A DNA stretch of 63,043 nucleotides, counting the filler. It is 4 parts of 4 records of this genome, joined end to end, with 100 filler letters (N's around TTAATTAATTAA, not from the genome) between each part and the next. Parts side by side here need not be neighbours in the genome. Positions count along the whole stretch, not along the records: positions 19,875 to 51,002 come from DRR378314_91; 3 more parts are not named here. The stretch is one strand, 5' to 3'. A model generated the notes under the pieces. That model was not told the DNA's origin and searched no databases. It saw nothing but the letters and a program-made list of their open reading frames with translations. A program made the position numbers and the translations under genes. Below, one piece after another: positions 19,875 through 29,814 of this stretch (its first letter is position 1; the number at the start of each line of letters is the position of its first letter).

Positions 19875-22292
19875 CACATTGTATTTGGATTTGGACATTT
19901 TTTCGACTTCGCGGCCTACAATATATTTTCCATCTTCAAGAATGAACTCGGCATCCTTATATTCTGGTTGCCATTGTTTGAAGGCTTCCACATCCAATTC
20001 ATCCGATGCATTGACCAAAGAAACATCTGCGTGGATACTATCAAAATGCTTCCATTTAGTTTCTCCAATATGTCTACCGCCCGGTTTACTTTCTAGCGGC
20101 TTCAAAATTTCTAGGATTTCATTGGAATAATCATCTAGAAAACCTTTATCCTTAACTGCCTTGTCAATAATTCCTTTTGATATAAATATGGTTTCATCAG
20201 AATACTTTTGATTCCATCTATATACAAAAGCACTCGTCCCCGTAATCATCCCTTGGTTGATCAATTTTTGGGCAAATTCGTCTTTGGGCACATAGCCCAT
20301 ATCAAACATAAACTTCTGCCAAAAACGGGAATACAACAGGTGGCCCGTAGCGTGTTCGCTACCGCCTATATACAAGTCCACATCTTGCCAATAGTTGATG
20401 GCTTCGGGAGAGAAAATAGCGTCATCATTCCGTGGATCCATATACCTATTAAAGTATTGGGAACTTCCCGCCCAACCGGGCATGGTGTTCAGTTCCAGAG
20501 GATACACTCCTTGATGAGATTCCAAATCAAGTTCGGAATGACCGTCATGCTGAACTTGTTTCAGCATCCCATCCCCCTTGTCCGACCCTTCGACTGCACT
20601 CAGGGTGACAAGGTCATTGGAAACTACTTTATTGTTCTTAGCATCCCACGCCCACTCCGTGGCGTTGCCCAATGGTGGCTCACCTGTTTCGGTGGGGAGG
20701 TATTTTTCCACTTCGGGGAGCTCCAACGGCAAATATTTCTCCTCGATCATTTGCGGCATACCGCCCACATAATACACGGGGAACGGTTCTCCCCAATACC
20801 GCTGACGGCTAAAAACGGCATCGCGCAGACGGTAGTTCACCTTTCCTTTGCCATGTCCGATCCTTTCCAATTCGGCAATGATTTTCTTCATCGCTTCTTT
20901 ATAAGGTAAACCGTCTAGAAAATCAGAATTGGCAATCACCGTTGTTTCCTTGTCCGCAAAAGCCTCTTCGGAAATATCGACCCCTTCAAAAATGTTGGGG
21001 ATAGGTATGTTATAATGTTTGGCAAAATCGTAATCCCGTTGATCGCCACAGGGCACGGCCATAACCGCTCCCGTTCCATAACTGGCCAACACGTAGTCGC
21101 CAATCCAAATAGGAATAGGTTCCTTGGTGAACGGATGCTCTGCATACGCGCCCGTGAACACTCCGGAAATGGTTTTTACATCGGCCATACGGTCACGTTC
21201 GGAACGTTTTGCCGTGGCTTCCACATAAGCATCCACCTCAGCTTTTTGTTCTGGCGTAGTGATTTTGGCCACCAACTCGTGCTCGGGTGCCAAGGTCATA
21301 AAGCTTACCCCAAAAATGGTGTCGGGTCGGGTGGTGAAGACTTCTATTTCAAGTGATGAGTTTTGAGTTTTGAGTTTTGAGTTTTCATTCTCATACACTC
21401 CTAACTTTTCACTCATAACTCTGAACTTAACCGACGCCCCCACAGAACGTCCAATCCAGTTGGTTTGGGAGTCCTTTAAAGGTTGTGGCCAATCAATTTT
21501 ATCCAAACCGTCCAACAAACGCTGGGCATAAGCGGTAATGCGCATACTCCATTGCGTCATTTTTTTACGGACAACGGGATGACCACCGCGTTCGGAAACT
21601 CCGTTCACGATTTCATCATTGGCCAAAACGGTTCCCAAAGCGGGACACCAGTTGACTTCGGTATCCGCCAAATACGTCAATCTATATTTTAAAAGAATTT
21701 GCTGTTTTTCCTTTTCAGAATATGCATTCCAATCCGCAGCGCTAAAACTTGGTGTATCATCATCACAAGTAGCTTCGACATTGGTATTTCCTTCTTTTTC
21801 AAAAATGGAAATCAATGCGGAGATGTTTTCTGCTTTGTCGGATTTCTTGTTGTACCACGCATTGAACAATTGGATGAAAATCCATTGCGTCCATTTATAA
21901 TATTGTGGGTTGGAAGTGCGCACTTCGCGGCTCCAATCAAAAGAAAAACCAAGCTGATCTAATTGCTCGCGGTATCTATTGATGTTATTTTCCGTAGTGA
22001 TAGCTGGGTGCTGACCTGTTTGAATGGCATATTGCTCCGCAGGCAACCCAAAGGAATCGTATCCCATGGGGTGCAATACATTGAATCCCTTATGTCTTTT
22101 GTAACGCGAATAGATGTCCGTGGCAATATACCCCAACGGATGCCCTACGTGCAACCCTGCCCCTGACGGGTAAGGGAACATCGAAAGCGCATAAAATTTA
22201 GGTTTGTCGGAATCGTTGGATGCCTTAAAAGTTTCATTTTCTGCCCAATACTTCTGCCATTTGGCCTCAATCTCGCGGAAATCGTAATTCAT
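19875..22292 (-). CDS. leuS: Leucine--tRNA ligase (3' end cut off by the contig end)
   Basis: MFPYPSGAGLHVGH, FTTRPDT, GTGAVMAVP, SRQRYWG, KMSKS. Confidence 0.97.
20517..20610. repeat. Three GTCA-footed palindromes in frame within leuS
   Basis: agattccaaatcaagttcggaatgac; gtcatgctgaacttgtttcagcatc; gacccttcgactgcactcagggtgac. Confidence 0.85.
21351..21430. repeat. Inverted 7-mer tandem array in frame within leuS
   Basis: (ttttgag)3 facing cactcct-aactttt-cactcat-aactctg. Confidence 0.8.
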
Positions 22293-22381
22293 TGTTAATC
22301 TTGTTCAATTTCGTGTGCAAAAATAGGTTTAATCCCCTAAATACAATTTACTTTTCTATTTTTACGTACTGATTCTACTAT

Positions 22382-23260
22382 ATGAGCCAATATATTGAAC
22401 GATATCAGCGTCGAAAACTGATTTCCTCTTACTTTTCCGTGGCTTTGAGCATTGCCCTAGTCCTGTTTCTTTTAGGTGTTTTGGGCCTTTTGGTGCTCAA
22501 TACCAAAAAATTGGCAGACCACTTTAAGGAGCAAATCACGATTTCCGTGTTTTTGAAGGACAATGCCAAACCTGTGGAAATAGATCAACTACAAAAAAGT
22601 TTGATGTTGGCGGAGTACACCAAATCTGCCGAATATATTTCCAAAGAAGATGCGGCGGAACAATATAGCGAGGACATTGGTGAAAATTTTGAGGAGTTTT
22701 TGGGCTACAACCCTTTAAAAAACTCCATCGACGTCAATCTTAAGGCCGATTTTGTATCGCCTCAACAGATTGATGAGATTGCAGAGGAACTTGCGGCCAA
22801 AGCTTACGTGGACGAAGTAAGTTATGATAAACCCTTAATTTCCCTGCTCAACAATAATGCTCGAAAAATTAGTCTTTGGATTCTGGTGGCCAGTGCCGCT
22901 TTTACAGTAATCGCTGTTTTGCTGATCAACAGTTCCATACGACTGTCCATATATTCCAAACGGTTTATCATCAAAACCATGCAAATGGTTGGGGCCACGA
23001 AAACGTTTATCCGAAGACCATTTATTTGGACAAACATTAAATTGGGCATGGTCGGAGCCGTTGTAGCACTGATTGGATTGGGTGTTTTGGTGTATTATAT
23101 CGATAAGAATTTCCCCGAACTCAATCTTTTGCAAGATTATATGGTACTCATCATTTTGTTCGTTGGTGTATTTGGTTTGGGCGTGATTATTTCTTGGGCG
23201 AGCACCCATTTTGCAACCCAACGCTTTTTAAACCTGAGGACGGACGATCTTTATTATTAA
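22382..23260 (+). CDS. ftsX: Cell division permease FtsX
   Basis: LINSSIRLSIYSKRFIIKTMQMVGATKTFIRRPF; four TM segments. Confidence 0.93.
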   Translation: MSQYIERYQRRKLISSYFSVALSIALVLFLLGVLGLLVLNTKKLADHFKEQITISVFLKDNAKPVEIDQLQKSLMLAEYTKSAEYISKEDAAEQYSEDIGENFEEFLGYNPLKNSIDVNLKADFVSPQQIDEIAEELAAKAYVDEVSYDKPLISLLNNNARKISLWILVASAAFTVIAVLLINSSIRLSIYSKRFIIKTMQMVGATKTFIRRPFIWTNIKLGMVGAVVALIGLGVLVYYIDKNFPELNLLQDYMVLIILFVGVFGLGVIISWASTHFATQRFLNLRTDDLYY

Positions 23261-23269
23261 CTTTGCGAC

Positions 23270-23536
23270 ATGAGCAAGAAAAACAACAATGGTAAAAAAC
23301 CACCTAAAGAGTTTGTTTTCCAAAAGAAAAACTATCTCTTTCTTTTTATAGGTATTGCCTTTATAGCCTTAGGATATATTTTGATGAGCGGTGGTGGAAG
23401 CGACGACCCAGAAGTCTTCAATCCAGAGATATACAATTTTAGAAGAATTCGCCTTGCGCCTACATTGATCCTTATTGGCCTTGGTATTCAGGTGTATGCC
23501 ATTTTGTTGAATCCTAACAAGAAAAACAAGGAGTAA
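23270..23536 (+). CDS. DUF3098 membrane protein
   Basis: FNPEIYNFRRIRLAP motif; typical ftsX-DUF3098-uppP order. Confidence 0.85.
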   Translation: MSKKNNNGKKPPKEFVFQKKNYLFLFIGIAFIALGYILMSGGGSDDPEVFNPEIYNFRRIRLAPTLILIGLGIQVYAILLNPNKKNKE

Positions 23537-23537
23537 T

Positions 23538-24332
23538 TTGGAATTAATTGACGCCATAATCCTTGGGATTATTCAAGGATTGACCGAGTTTTTACCTGTT
23601 TCCTCCAGTGGTCATTTAGAATTGGGAAAAGCCATTTTGGGAGCGCAGGCCGTTCCCGAAGAAAGTCTTTTGTTTACCGTAATACTCCACTTTGCGACAG
23701 CCCTGAGCACCTTGGTGGTCTTCCGAAAAGATGTGTTTGACATTTTGAAAGGGCTTTTTCAATTTAAATGGAATGAAGAAACCCAATTTTCTTTAAAAAT
23801 CATCATTTCCATGATTCCCGCTGCTTTGATCGGCCTTTTTTTGAACGATTTTATCGAGGTTTTTTTTGATGGCGCTATTGTAATCGTGGGAATAATGCTC
23901 ATCATTACGGCATTTTTACTGTATTTGGCAGATTTGGCCAAAACTACCGAAAAAGGAGTGTCGTTCCGTAGTTCTTTTATAATTGGAGTGGCACAGGCCG
24001 TGGCCATTCTTCCAGGTATTTCACGAAGTGGAGCTACCATTTCGGCTGCCGTGCTTTTGGGCGTCGATAAAACCAAATCGGCCCGTTTTTCCTTTTTAAT
24101 GGTCGTTCCTTTGATTTTGGGCAAAGTGGCCAAAGATTTAATGGGTGGCGAAATCAATTTTCATGGTGACCAAGCCATAGCCATGGGAGCAGGATTTGTA
24201 GCTGCTTTTATTGCCGGATTAGCTGCTTGCACATGGATGATCAAATTGGTGCGCCAAAGCAAGCTTAGCTATTTTGCCATTTACTGTTTAATTGTGGGTC
24301 TACTAGCCCTTGCGTGGAGCATTTGGGGATGA
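23538..24332 (+). CDS. uppP: Undecaprenyl-diphosphate phosphatase
   Basis: QGLTEFLPVSSSGH and PGISRSG motifs. Confidence 0.95.
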   Translation: MELIDAIILGIIQGLTEFLPVSSSGHLELGKAILGAQAVPEESLLFTVILHFATALSTLVVFRKDVFDILKGLFQFKWNEETQFSLKIIISMIPAALIGLFLNDFIEVFFDGAIVIVGIMLIITAFLLYLADLAKTTEKGVSFRSSFIIGVAQAVAILPGISRSGATISAAVLLGVDKTKSARFSFLMVVPLILGKVAKDLMGGEINFHGDQAIAMGAGFVAAFIAGLAACTWMIKLVRQSKLSYFAIYCLIVGLLALAWSIWG

Positions 24333-24721
24333 TTTTCGAAAAACTTTTTATCAACTACTATATATTAGCCAAGAAAAACAACAAAGAGCTAACGCATACT
24401 AGATTGATTGAAAAATCCACGCGCTTAACAACATTTGTCTTAACCTTTAGTATAGTCTACTTATTTTTTCTATTGTCATATTTCGTGGATACTTTTTTTC
24501 AATATAACCTTCCTCTACGTACTTACAAATGGGAATTAATTATTGCAATCAGCACATTAGTTTTATTGTTCGATTATTTTTTTAAGAAAAGTTTGATGAA
24601 AAAGTATCCAAACAATTTAGAAGCTACATATTCTAAAAAAGTTTTCCATATCTATATTTTAACATCAATATATCTGATCGGACCACCAATACTTCTATTT
24701 TTATCATTAATAATCTTTTAG
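24329..24721 (+). CDS. AT-rich hypothetical membrane protein
   Basis: ATGA overlap with the uppP stop; three hydrophobic segments; ends 2 nt before truB. Confidence 0.65.
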   Translation: MIFEKLFINYYILAKKNNKELTHTRLIEKSTRLTTFVLTFSIVYLFFLLSYFVDTFFQYNLPLRTYKWELIIAISTLVLLFDYFFKKSLMKKYPNNLEATYSKKVFHIYILTSIYLIGPPILLFLSLIIF

Positions 24722-24723
24722 TT

Positions 24724-25428
24724 TTGAACACCAAAGAAGATTTTTTAAACGGTCAAATTTTATTGATAGATAAACCACTGGAATGGACTTCCTTCCAAGC
24801 GGTGAATGCGCTCAAATGGGCCATCCGAAAAAAATTCGGCCTTAAAAAGATAAAAATTGGTCATGCAGGCACCTTAGATCCTTTGGCCACGGGATTGTTG
24901 ATTATCTGTACAGGAAAATTCACCAAAAAAATCCCAGAGCTTCAAGGACAGGTGAAAGAATATACCGGAACTTTTACTTTGGGTGCTACTACACCTTCCT
25001 ATGATTTGGAGACCGAAGTGAACGAGACCTTTACTACAGACCACATTACGGATGCATCCATCAAAGAAGCTACCCAACAATTCTTAGGTGAGATTGACCA
25101 AGTACCTCCCATCTTTTCAGCACTAAAAAAAGATGGCAAGCGATTGTATGAACTTGCTCGCGAAGGCAAACAAGTAGAAATAAAATCACGTAAAATAGAA
25201 ATCCTTGAGTTCGAGATTACCAAAATTTCGCTCCCAGAAGTGGCGTTTAGGGTGGTCTGCAGCAAAGGAACCTATATCCGTTCCTTGGCACATGATTTTG
25301 GGAAAACTTTGGACTCTGGAGCTTATTTATCCGAGCTCAGAAGAACCAAAATAGGGGATTTCAACGTAAATAATGCTACAAGCCCCAATGTTTTCAAGGA
25401 AAATCTTGAAGTAAACACCGAGACCTAG
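24724..25428 (+). CDS. truB: tRNA pseudouridine(55) synthase
   Basis: GHAGTLDPLATG and CSKGTYIRSL. Confidence 0.96.
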   Translation: MNTKEDFLNGQILLIDKPLEWTSFQAVNALKWAIRKKFGLKKIKIGHAGTLDPLATGLLIICTGKFTKKIPELQGQVKEYTGTFTLGATTPSYDLETEVNETFTTDHITDASIKEATQQFLGEIDQVPPIFSALKKDGKRLYELAREGKQVEIKSRKIEILEFEITKISLPEVAFRVVCSKGTYIRSLAHDFGKTLDSGAYLSELRRTKIGDFNVNNATSPNVFKENLEVNTET

Positions 25429-25476
25429 GAAGGTTGGGATAAAATATTTTTGCAAAAAAGCGGTTATAGTTAGACC

Positions 25477-26196
25477 ATGAACTTAAACAAGAGCCAGTTA
25501 TCACTTTTGATTACTTTCTTCGCTATGTCCATAGTGGTTTTATTGTTGTTCAATATTCACTTAGGGGGCATAAAAGAGGATGAGTACGTTATTGAAATGA
25601 GCTTGGCCGATGAGGATATTGAGAAACTTCTCGAAGAAGAAGAGGAACGTTTAGAGGAGATGCAGGCCAATAGCGACCCCATTAAAAGTCATATGGCCGT
25701 AAACCAAACGGCGAAACCCAGTGTTGGGAACCCAGAACCTCTAAAAACCTTGGAGGAGCTCATGGAGGAGCGAGCGCTCAGCAGCGAAACCGGTGAATAT
25801 GCCGACAATTCCGGTTTTGAAGAGCAGTTAAAGCAGTTAAAGGCCAAACGGGACGAAAACAAAGATAAACTGGGTGAACGTGATGCGCAGAAAGAAGAAT
25901 TTACTGATTATTTAAAGGATAGACGCACTTCCATTTCTTACTCCTTGGTTGAACGAAATGCATATTATCTCCCACCACCGATTTATACTTGTATTGAAGG
26001 AGGTAAGGTTGTAGTAAACATAACCGTAGACAATAATGGGTATGTAACCGAAGCAAGTTTTAACGACAAAAGTTCTGGAACCAGCAACGGTTGTTTGGTA
26101 GATAATGCCATTGCTTATGCGCTAAAAGCTCGCTTTAGCCCGGATTCCAAAAATTCTCAGATCGGCACAATTACTTACCTATTCCAGAGCAAGTAA
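25477..26196 (+). CDS. TonB-like energy transducer
   Basis: N-terminal TM, acidic linker, GKVVVNITVDNNGYV...GTITYLF TonB C-terminal fold. Confidence 0.75.
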   Translation: MNLNKSQLSLLITFFAMSIVVLLLFNIHLGGIKEDEYVIEMSLADEDIEKLLEEEEERLEEMQANSDPIKSHMAVNQTAKPSVGNPEPLKTLEELMEERALSSETGEYADNSGFEEQLKQLKAKRDENKDKLGERDAQKEEFTDYLKDRRTSISYSLVERNAYYLPPPIYTCIEGGKVVVNITVDNNGYVTEASFNDKSSGTSNGCLVDNAIAYALKARFSPDSKNSQIGTITYLFQSK

Positions 26197-26799
26197 TTCC
26201 AAAACGTCTTCTAAGATATTTTGACCTTTGTTTTTGTTGTACCACATCTGAAGTTCTTGTTTGAACTCATCTGTTAATTTACCGTGTTCCCTTTTACAAT
26301 CCTCCACCATTTGGGTCGCAATACTTGGCCTTGGGCCCCACTCTCCTACTATTTCATTGTTGGCCTTGTCCAAAACAATCACTTTGGGAATGGAACGGGC
26401 ACCATTGGTCAAAAAAGCATCCATTAAATCGAGGTTTTCATCGCGCAAAACCACCTTTAAGGAAATATTTGGACTTGTCTCGGCGATTTTATTGATTATG
26501 GGCAAACTTGCCGCTGCATCTCCACACCAACTTTCGGTCAATGCCAAAAACACCAGTTTCGTATCCAATGATCTTATCTTTTGCTCAATGTCTACCGGAA
26601 CTTTAAACGTTTTATCCCAACGAGCCATTCTTTTATCGCCAAGTTTTGTATAATTGATCATAGCTTCGGATTGTTCAGTTCCCGTGGTTTTTCCAGTTTT
26701 CGCCAATTGACTTACCAAATCACGGTATTTTGCATAATCCATCCCCTTTGCGATGTTTTCTCGAACTATATCCAATCTATTTTTTTCCAAAACTTCCAT
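26179..26799 (-). CDS. Thioredoxin-family protein
   Basis: TESWCGDA, RSIPK, WGPRP. Confidence 0.85.
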   Translation of the reverse strand: MEVLEKNRLDIVRENIAKGMDYAKYRDLVSQLAKTGKTTGTEQSEAMINYTKLGDKRMARWDKTFKVPVDIEQKIRSLDTKLVFLALTESWCGDAAASLPIINKIAETSPNISLKVVLRDENLDLMDAFLTNGARSIPKVIVLDKANNEIVGEWGPRPSIATQMVEDCKREHGKLTDEFKQELQMWYNKNKGQNILEDVLELLALE

Positions 26800-26928
26800 A
26801 AAATAATTTTTTTTAAAAGTACACAGGGCTATCGACCTATTTTCTGACTTTTGTCATTGGTTGTTTTTACAACCTAATCCTTACAAACCTATTGAGTATT
26901 TTTGAAGGCTTCCTATATTCCAAAAACC

Positions 26929-27025
26929 GTCAATTCGAAATTCTGAAAGGATCTTGCCTGCAGGCATGTACGATTTTTCTTTGGTTTCGACTTCTCTCAA
27001 CCACCAAAAATTACTCGAACTGACA
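26929..27025. repeat. Degenerate long-type GTCA palindromic repeat
   Basis: cgtcaattcga...tacgatttttctttggtttcgact...tactcgaactgac. Confidence 0.7.
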
Positions 27026-27054
27026 AATTTCAATCATAAATGCGCAACGGGTTC

Positions 27055-28470
27055 TTACAGGTTCTTAGGATTTATGGCCAAACTCTTGAACAGTTTTGCC
27101 TTGGTATAGAAAAATTTGTTCTGCATCTCGTTTCGCTTCAGGTAGGCATCAATGAGTTTACTCTCCCTGGAATTGATCAAGAATAGTGAACTTTCACCAA
27201 AACTGAACTTTCGCTCTTCAGCATTCAGCATGGTGGAATAGTCGTTCACAATATCCTTGATGAGTTGGTTCTGCTCGATAAAAGAATCCAGTTCGTTATA
27301 AATGGCTATTACTTTGTTCTGTATTTCCACCTGAGCATTGTCCCTTTCAAACTCCGCGTCACGAAGTTTGAACTTGGCCAATTTAAGGTCTCCACGCTCC
27401 TTCCTCAAAAAAATGGGCATCTGAAACGTAAGTCCCGCTTTGTAGTTCTCCGTAACAAAGGAATTCATTAACTCGGGTGTGGGCGTTAAGAAATTATATT
27501 CGGCATTGAGCTTGGGAAGCAATTTATTTGCCTTTAATCGTTTATCAACGCTCAATCCCTCTATTTTATAATTCAAAGACATTAGTTTGGGGTGAGTTTC
27601 CAAAGTAAAACTATCCAGTGGCACCCCCTCTATTTCCAAGGTTGAATTGATATCCATTTCGGGCTCAAGGTTGGGTCGTATCCCTGGTTGAAGCTCGACA
27701 GGCACATCCTCGATCCACAAAAAGTTACTGAGCTCCAATGATTTTTTCATCAAGCGTACTTTGGCCTGTTGATAGCCCAAATCCCTGTTCCGAACGGCAA
27801 TTTTAGCTTCCACGGTATCAATTATGGCAATGTCTCCGGCCAAGGCGCTTTCTTTGATCCCTTGAAAACGTATTTCGGCATTCTCCAAAAAGTCTTGATA
27901 CACCTCGGCATCCCTATAGGCTTGCAACCAATCAAAATAGGCCAATGATGCGTTGTACAACACTTGGTTGACCAGTAAATCCTGGTCCGCCTTCGCCTGC
28001 TCCCTAAAAAATTTGGCTTTTCTCAGTGTCGCCATTCGCTCGTTGATCCAAAACCCCTGTAGTATAGACATCGAAACCCCTGCACTGTATAGGCCATCTT
28101 CGGGAAGAGTTTCATCTGGATTAATAAAATCACCTTGGTCTTGCTGAAAATTCCCTTTGAACTCGATTCCGAACCATGTCGGTATCTTGAAGGTAGCATT
28201 CAACCGGTCCCAATATTCGCTATCCTTGAACTCTTTTCTGTCAAAATCCACTTCCACCTTGGGGTCAAAGCCTCCCCGGGCCCTCATAAGTTCGGCCTGC
28301 CCAATTGCAATGTTCAGTTGCGCTTGCTTGGCAATGGGATGGTACTTTTTAACATATCCCAAATACTCCTTAAACCCAAGCACGGTGTAATCCTGTTGAG
28401 CATAAAAAAAGCTTACGGTAAAGAAAGAGAGGGTAAAAAATAAAAGTAATCTTCTATTTCTTCGTGGCAT
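27055..28470 (-). CDS. TolC-family outer membrane channel
   Basis: ARGGFDP, GESSLFLINSRE; in an operon with HlyD and ABC genes. Confidence 0.9.
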   Translation of the reverse strand: MPRRNRRLLLFFTLSFFTVSFFYAQQDYTVLGFKEYLGYVKKYHPIAKQAQLNIAIGQAELMRARGGFDPKVEVDFDRKEFKDSEYWDRLNATFKIPTWFGIEFKGNFQQDQGDFINPDETLPEDGLYSAGVSMSILQGFWINERMATLRKAKFFREQAKADQDLLVNQVLYNASLAYFDWLQAYRDAEVYQDFLENAEIRFQGIKESALAGDIAIIDTVEAKIAVRNRDLGYQQAKVRLMKKSLELSNFLWIEDVPVELQPGIRPNLEPEMDINSTLEIEGVPLDSFTLETHPKLMSLNYKIEGLSVDKRLKANKLLPKLNAEYNFLTPTPELMNSFVTENYKAGLTFQMPIFLRKERGDLKLAKFKLRDAEFERDNAQVEIQNKVIAIYNELDSFIEQNQLIKDIVNDYSTMLNAEERKFSFGESSLFLINSRESKLIDAYLKRNEMQNKFFYTKAKLFKSLAINPKNL

Positions 28471-29809
28471 TTGCGCTTGTATTTTGAGGTTGATAATAAT
28501 TTGGCGGGAAGCCGTTCAACTGTCTCCACAATTCAAACCAGATAGGGACATCTTCCAAAAGCGCCATGGTACTCGCCCCCGATCCTACACGGATATCCTT
28601 TGGCCACGGCGCCTCTTCCTCGTCCGGAGCCAACAATATTCGGTACTTCCCATTTGGACTGATAAAATTTTCGATGGCCACAACCTTACCTCCAAATGTT
28701 CCGTAGGACACGTTGGGCCAACCGCTAAAAACTATGGCTGGCCAACCATCAAACTGAATACGCACCTTTTCATCCACGTGAATCAGGGGAAGGTCTATGG
28801 GATCTACAAATGTTTCTACGGCAACATCGTAATCCGAAGGCATAATGCCCACCAACTGAGCTCCTTCTTTAAATGTTTCCCCAATTCCTGATTGTATCGC
28901 CTTGGTGATGTATCCATTTTGAGGAGCTTTGATGTAGGCCATATCGTCCCTCATTTCATAATTGGTGTACTCGTTCTCCAATTTGGTCACCTGTGCTTCC
29001 GAGTCAAACTGATTGGATTGGGCTGTGTACAGGTCGCTTTGCGCCTTTGAAATTTTGTCCGCATACTCTGCCCTTACCCTATTTATTTCCACTTGGGCAT
29101 TGATGACATCGTTTTTGCTGGTCAACAATTTGTTTTCCTGACTGATCAATTTCGCTTGGGTTTCTTGTAATTTTAAGCGCTTCTCTTCCACATCGGTCAC
29201 TGCTTTTAGCCCCTCTTCCTCTAACTTGTCCACCCGGTCGAATTGACGCTGTGCAATCATAATATTGGTTTTTGCCGCCTCTAGGTCAATGCTGTCGCTT
29301 TTTACCTTTAATTTGGACTGTATCAGTTTGTTTCTGGCTTGTTCCAATTTAAGTACCAGCTCGCTGTTAAGTGCCTTTATTTGCTGGTTCAAGGCTTTTA
29401 CTTTTTCTTGGTAGGATGTCACGGACATATTTTTGGCCGTGATCTGTTTTCCGGTACGCACCAACAAATCCGGGTCAAAATATTCGCTTTTTATCTCGGA
29501 TATAAAGAGAATGGTATCGCCTTTTTCCACATAATCCCCTTCCCTTACATACCATTTCTCTATTCGCCCAGGAATTGGGGACTGAATGGTCTGAGGGCGT
29601 TGATCGGGCGTAAGCGTGGTCAGGAATCCTCTACCGGAAATATTCTGCGTCCATGGCAAAAACATCATAAAGACCGCAATGATGGAAAATGTAGCCAAAA
29701 AACGGTTGAATTGCTTGTAATGTCTTTTATGAAAAACTTTTTTGCCTGCCTCATAACCGGTAAGGTCAACCTTCTCGTTCAATTTATTATTTGAAGAAAT
29801 ATTCAGCAT
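28454..29809 (-). CDS. HlyD-family membrane fusion protein
   Basis: LPWTQ, lipoyl half-motif VREGDYVEKGD, long coiled coil. Confidence 0.9.
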   Translation of the reverse strand: MLNISSNNKLNEKVDLTGYEAGKKVFHKRHYKQFNRFLATFSIIAVFMMFLPWTQNISGRGFLTTLTPDQRPQTIQSPIPGRIEKWYVREGDYVEKGDTILFISEIKSEYFDPDLLVRTGKQITAKNMSVTSYQEKVKALNQQIKALNSELVLKLEQARNKLIQSKLKVKSDSIDLEAAKTNIMIAQRQFDRVDKLEEEGLKAVTDVEEKRLKLQETQAKLISQENKLLTSKNDVINAQVEINRVRAEYADKISKAQSDLYTAQSNQFDSEAQVTKLENEYTNYEMRDDMAYIKAPQNGYITKAIQSGIGETFKEGAQLVGIMPSDYDVAVETFVDPIDLPLIHVDEKVRIQFDGWPAIVFSGWPNVSYGTFGGKVVAIENFISPNGKYRILLAPDEEEAPWPKDIRVGSGASTMALLEDVPIWFELWRQLNGFPPNYYQPQNTSANATKK

Positions 29810-29814
29810 GAGCT

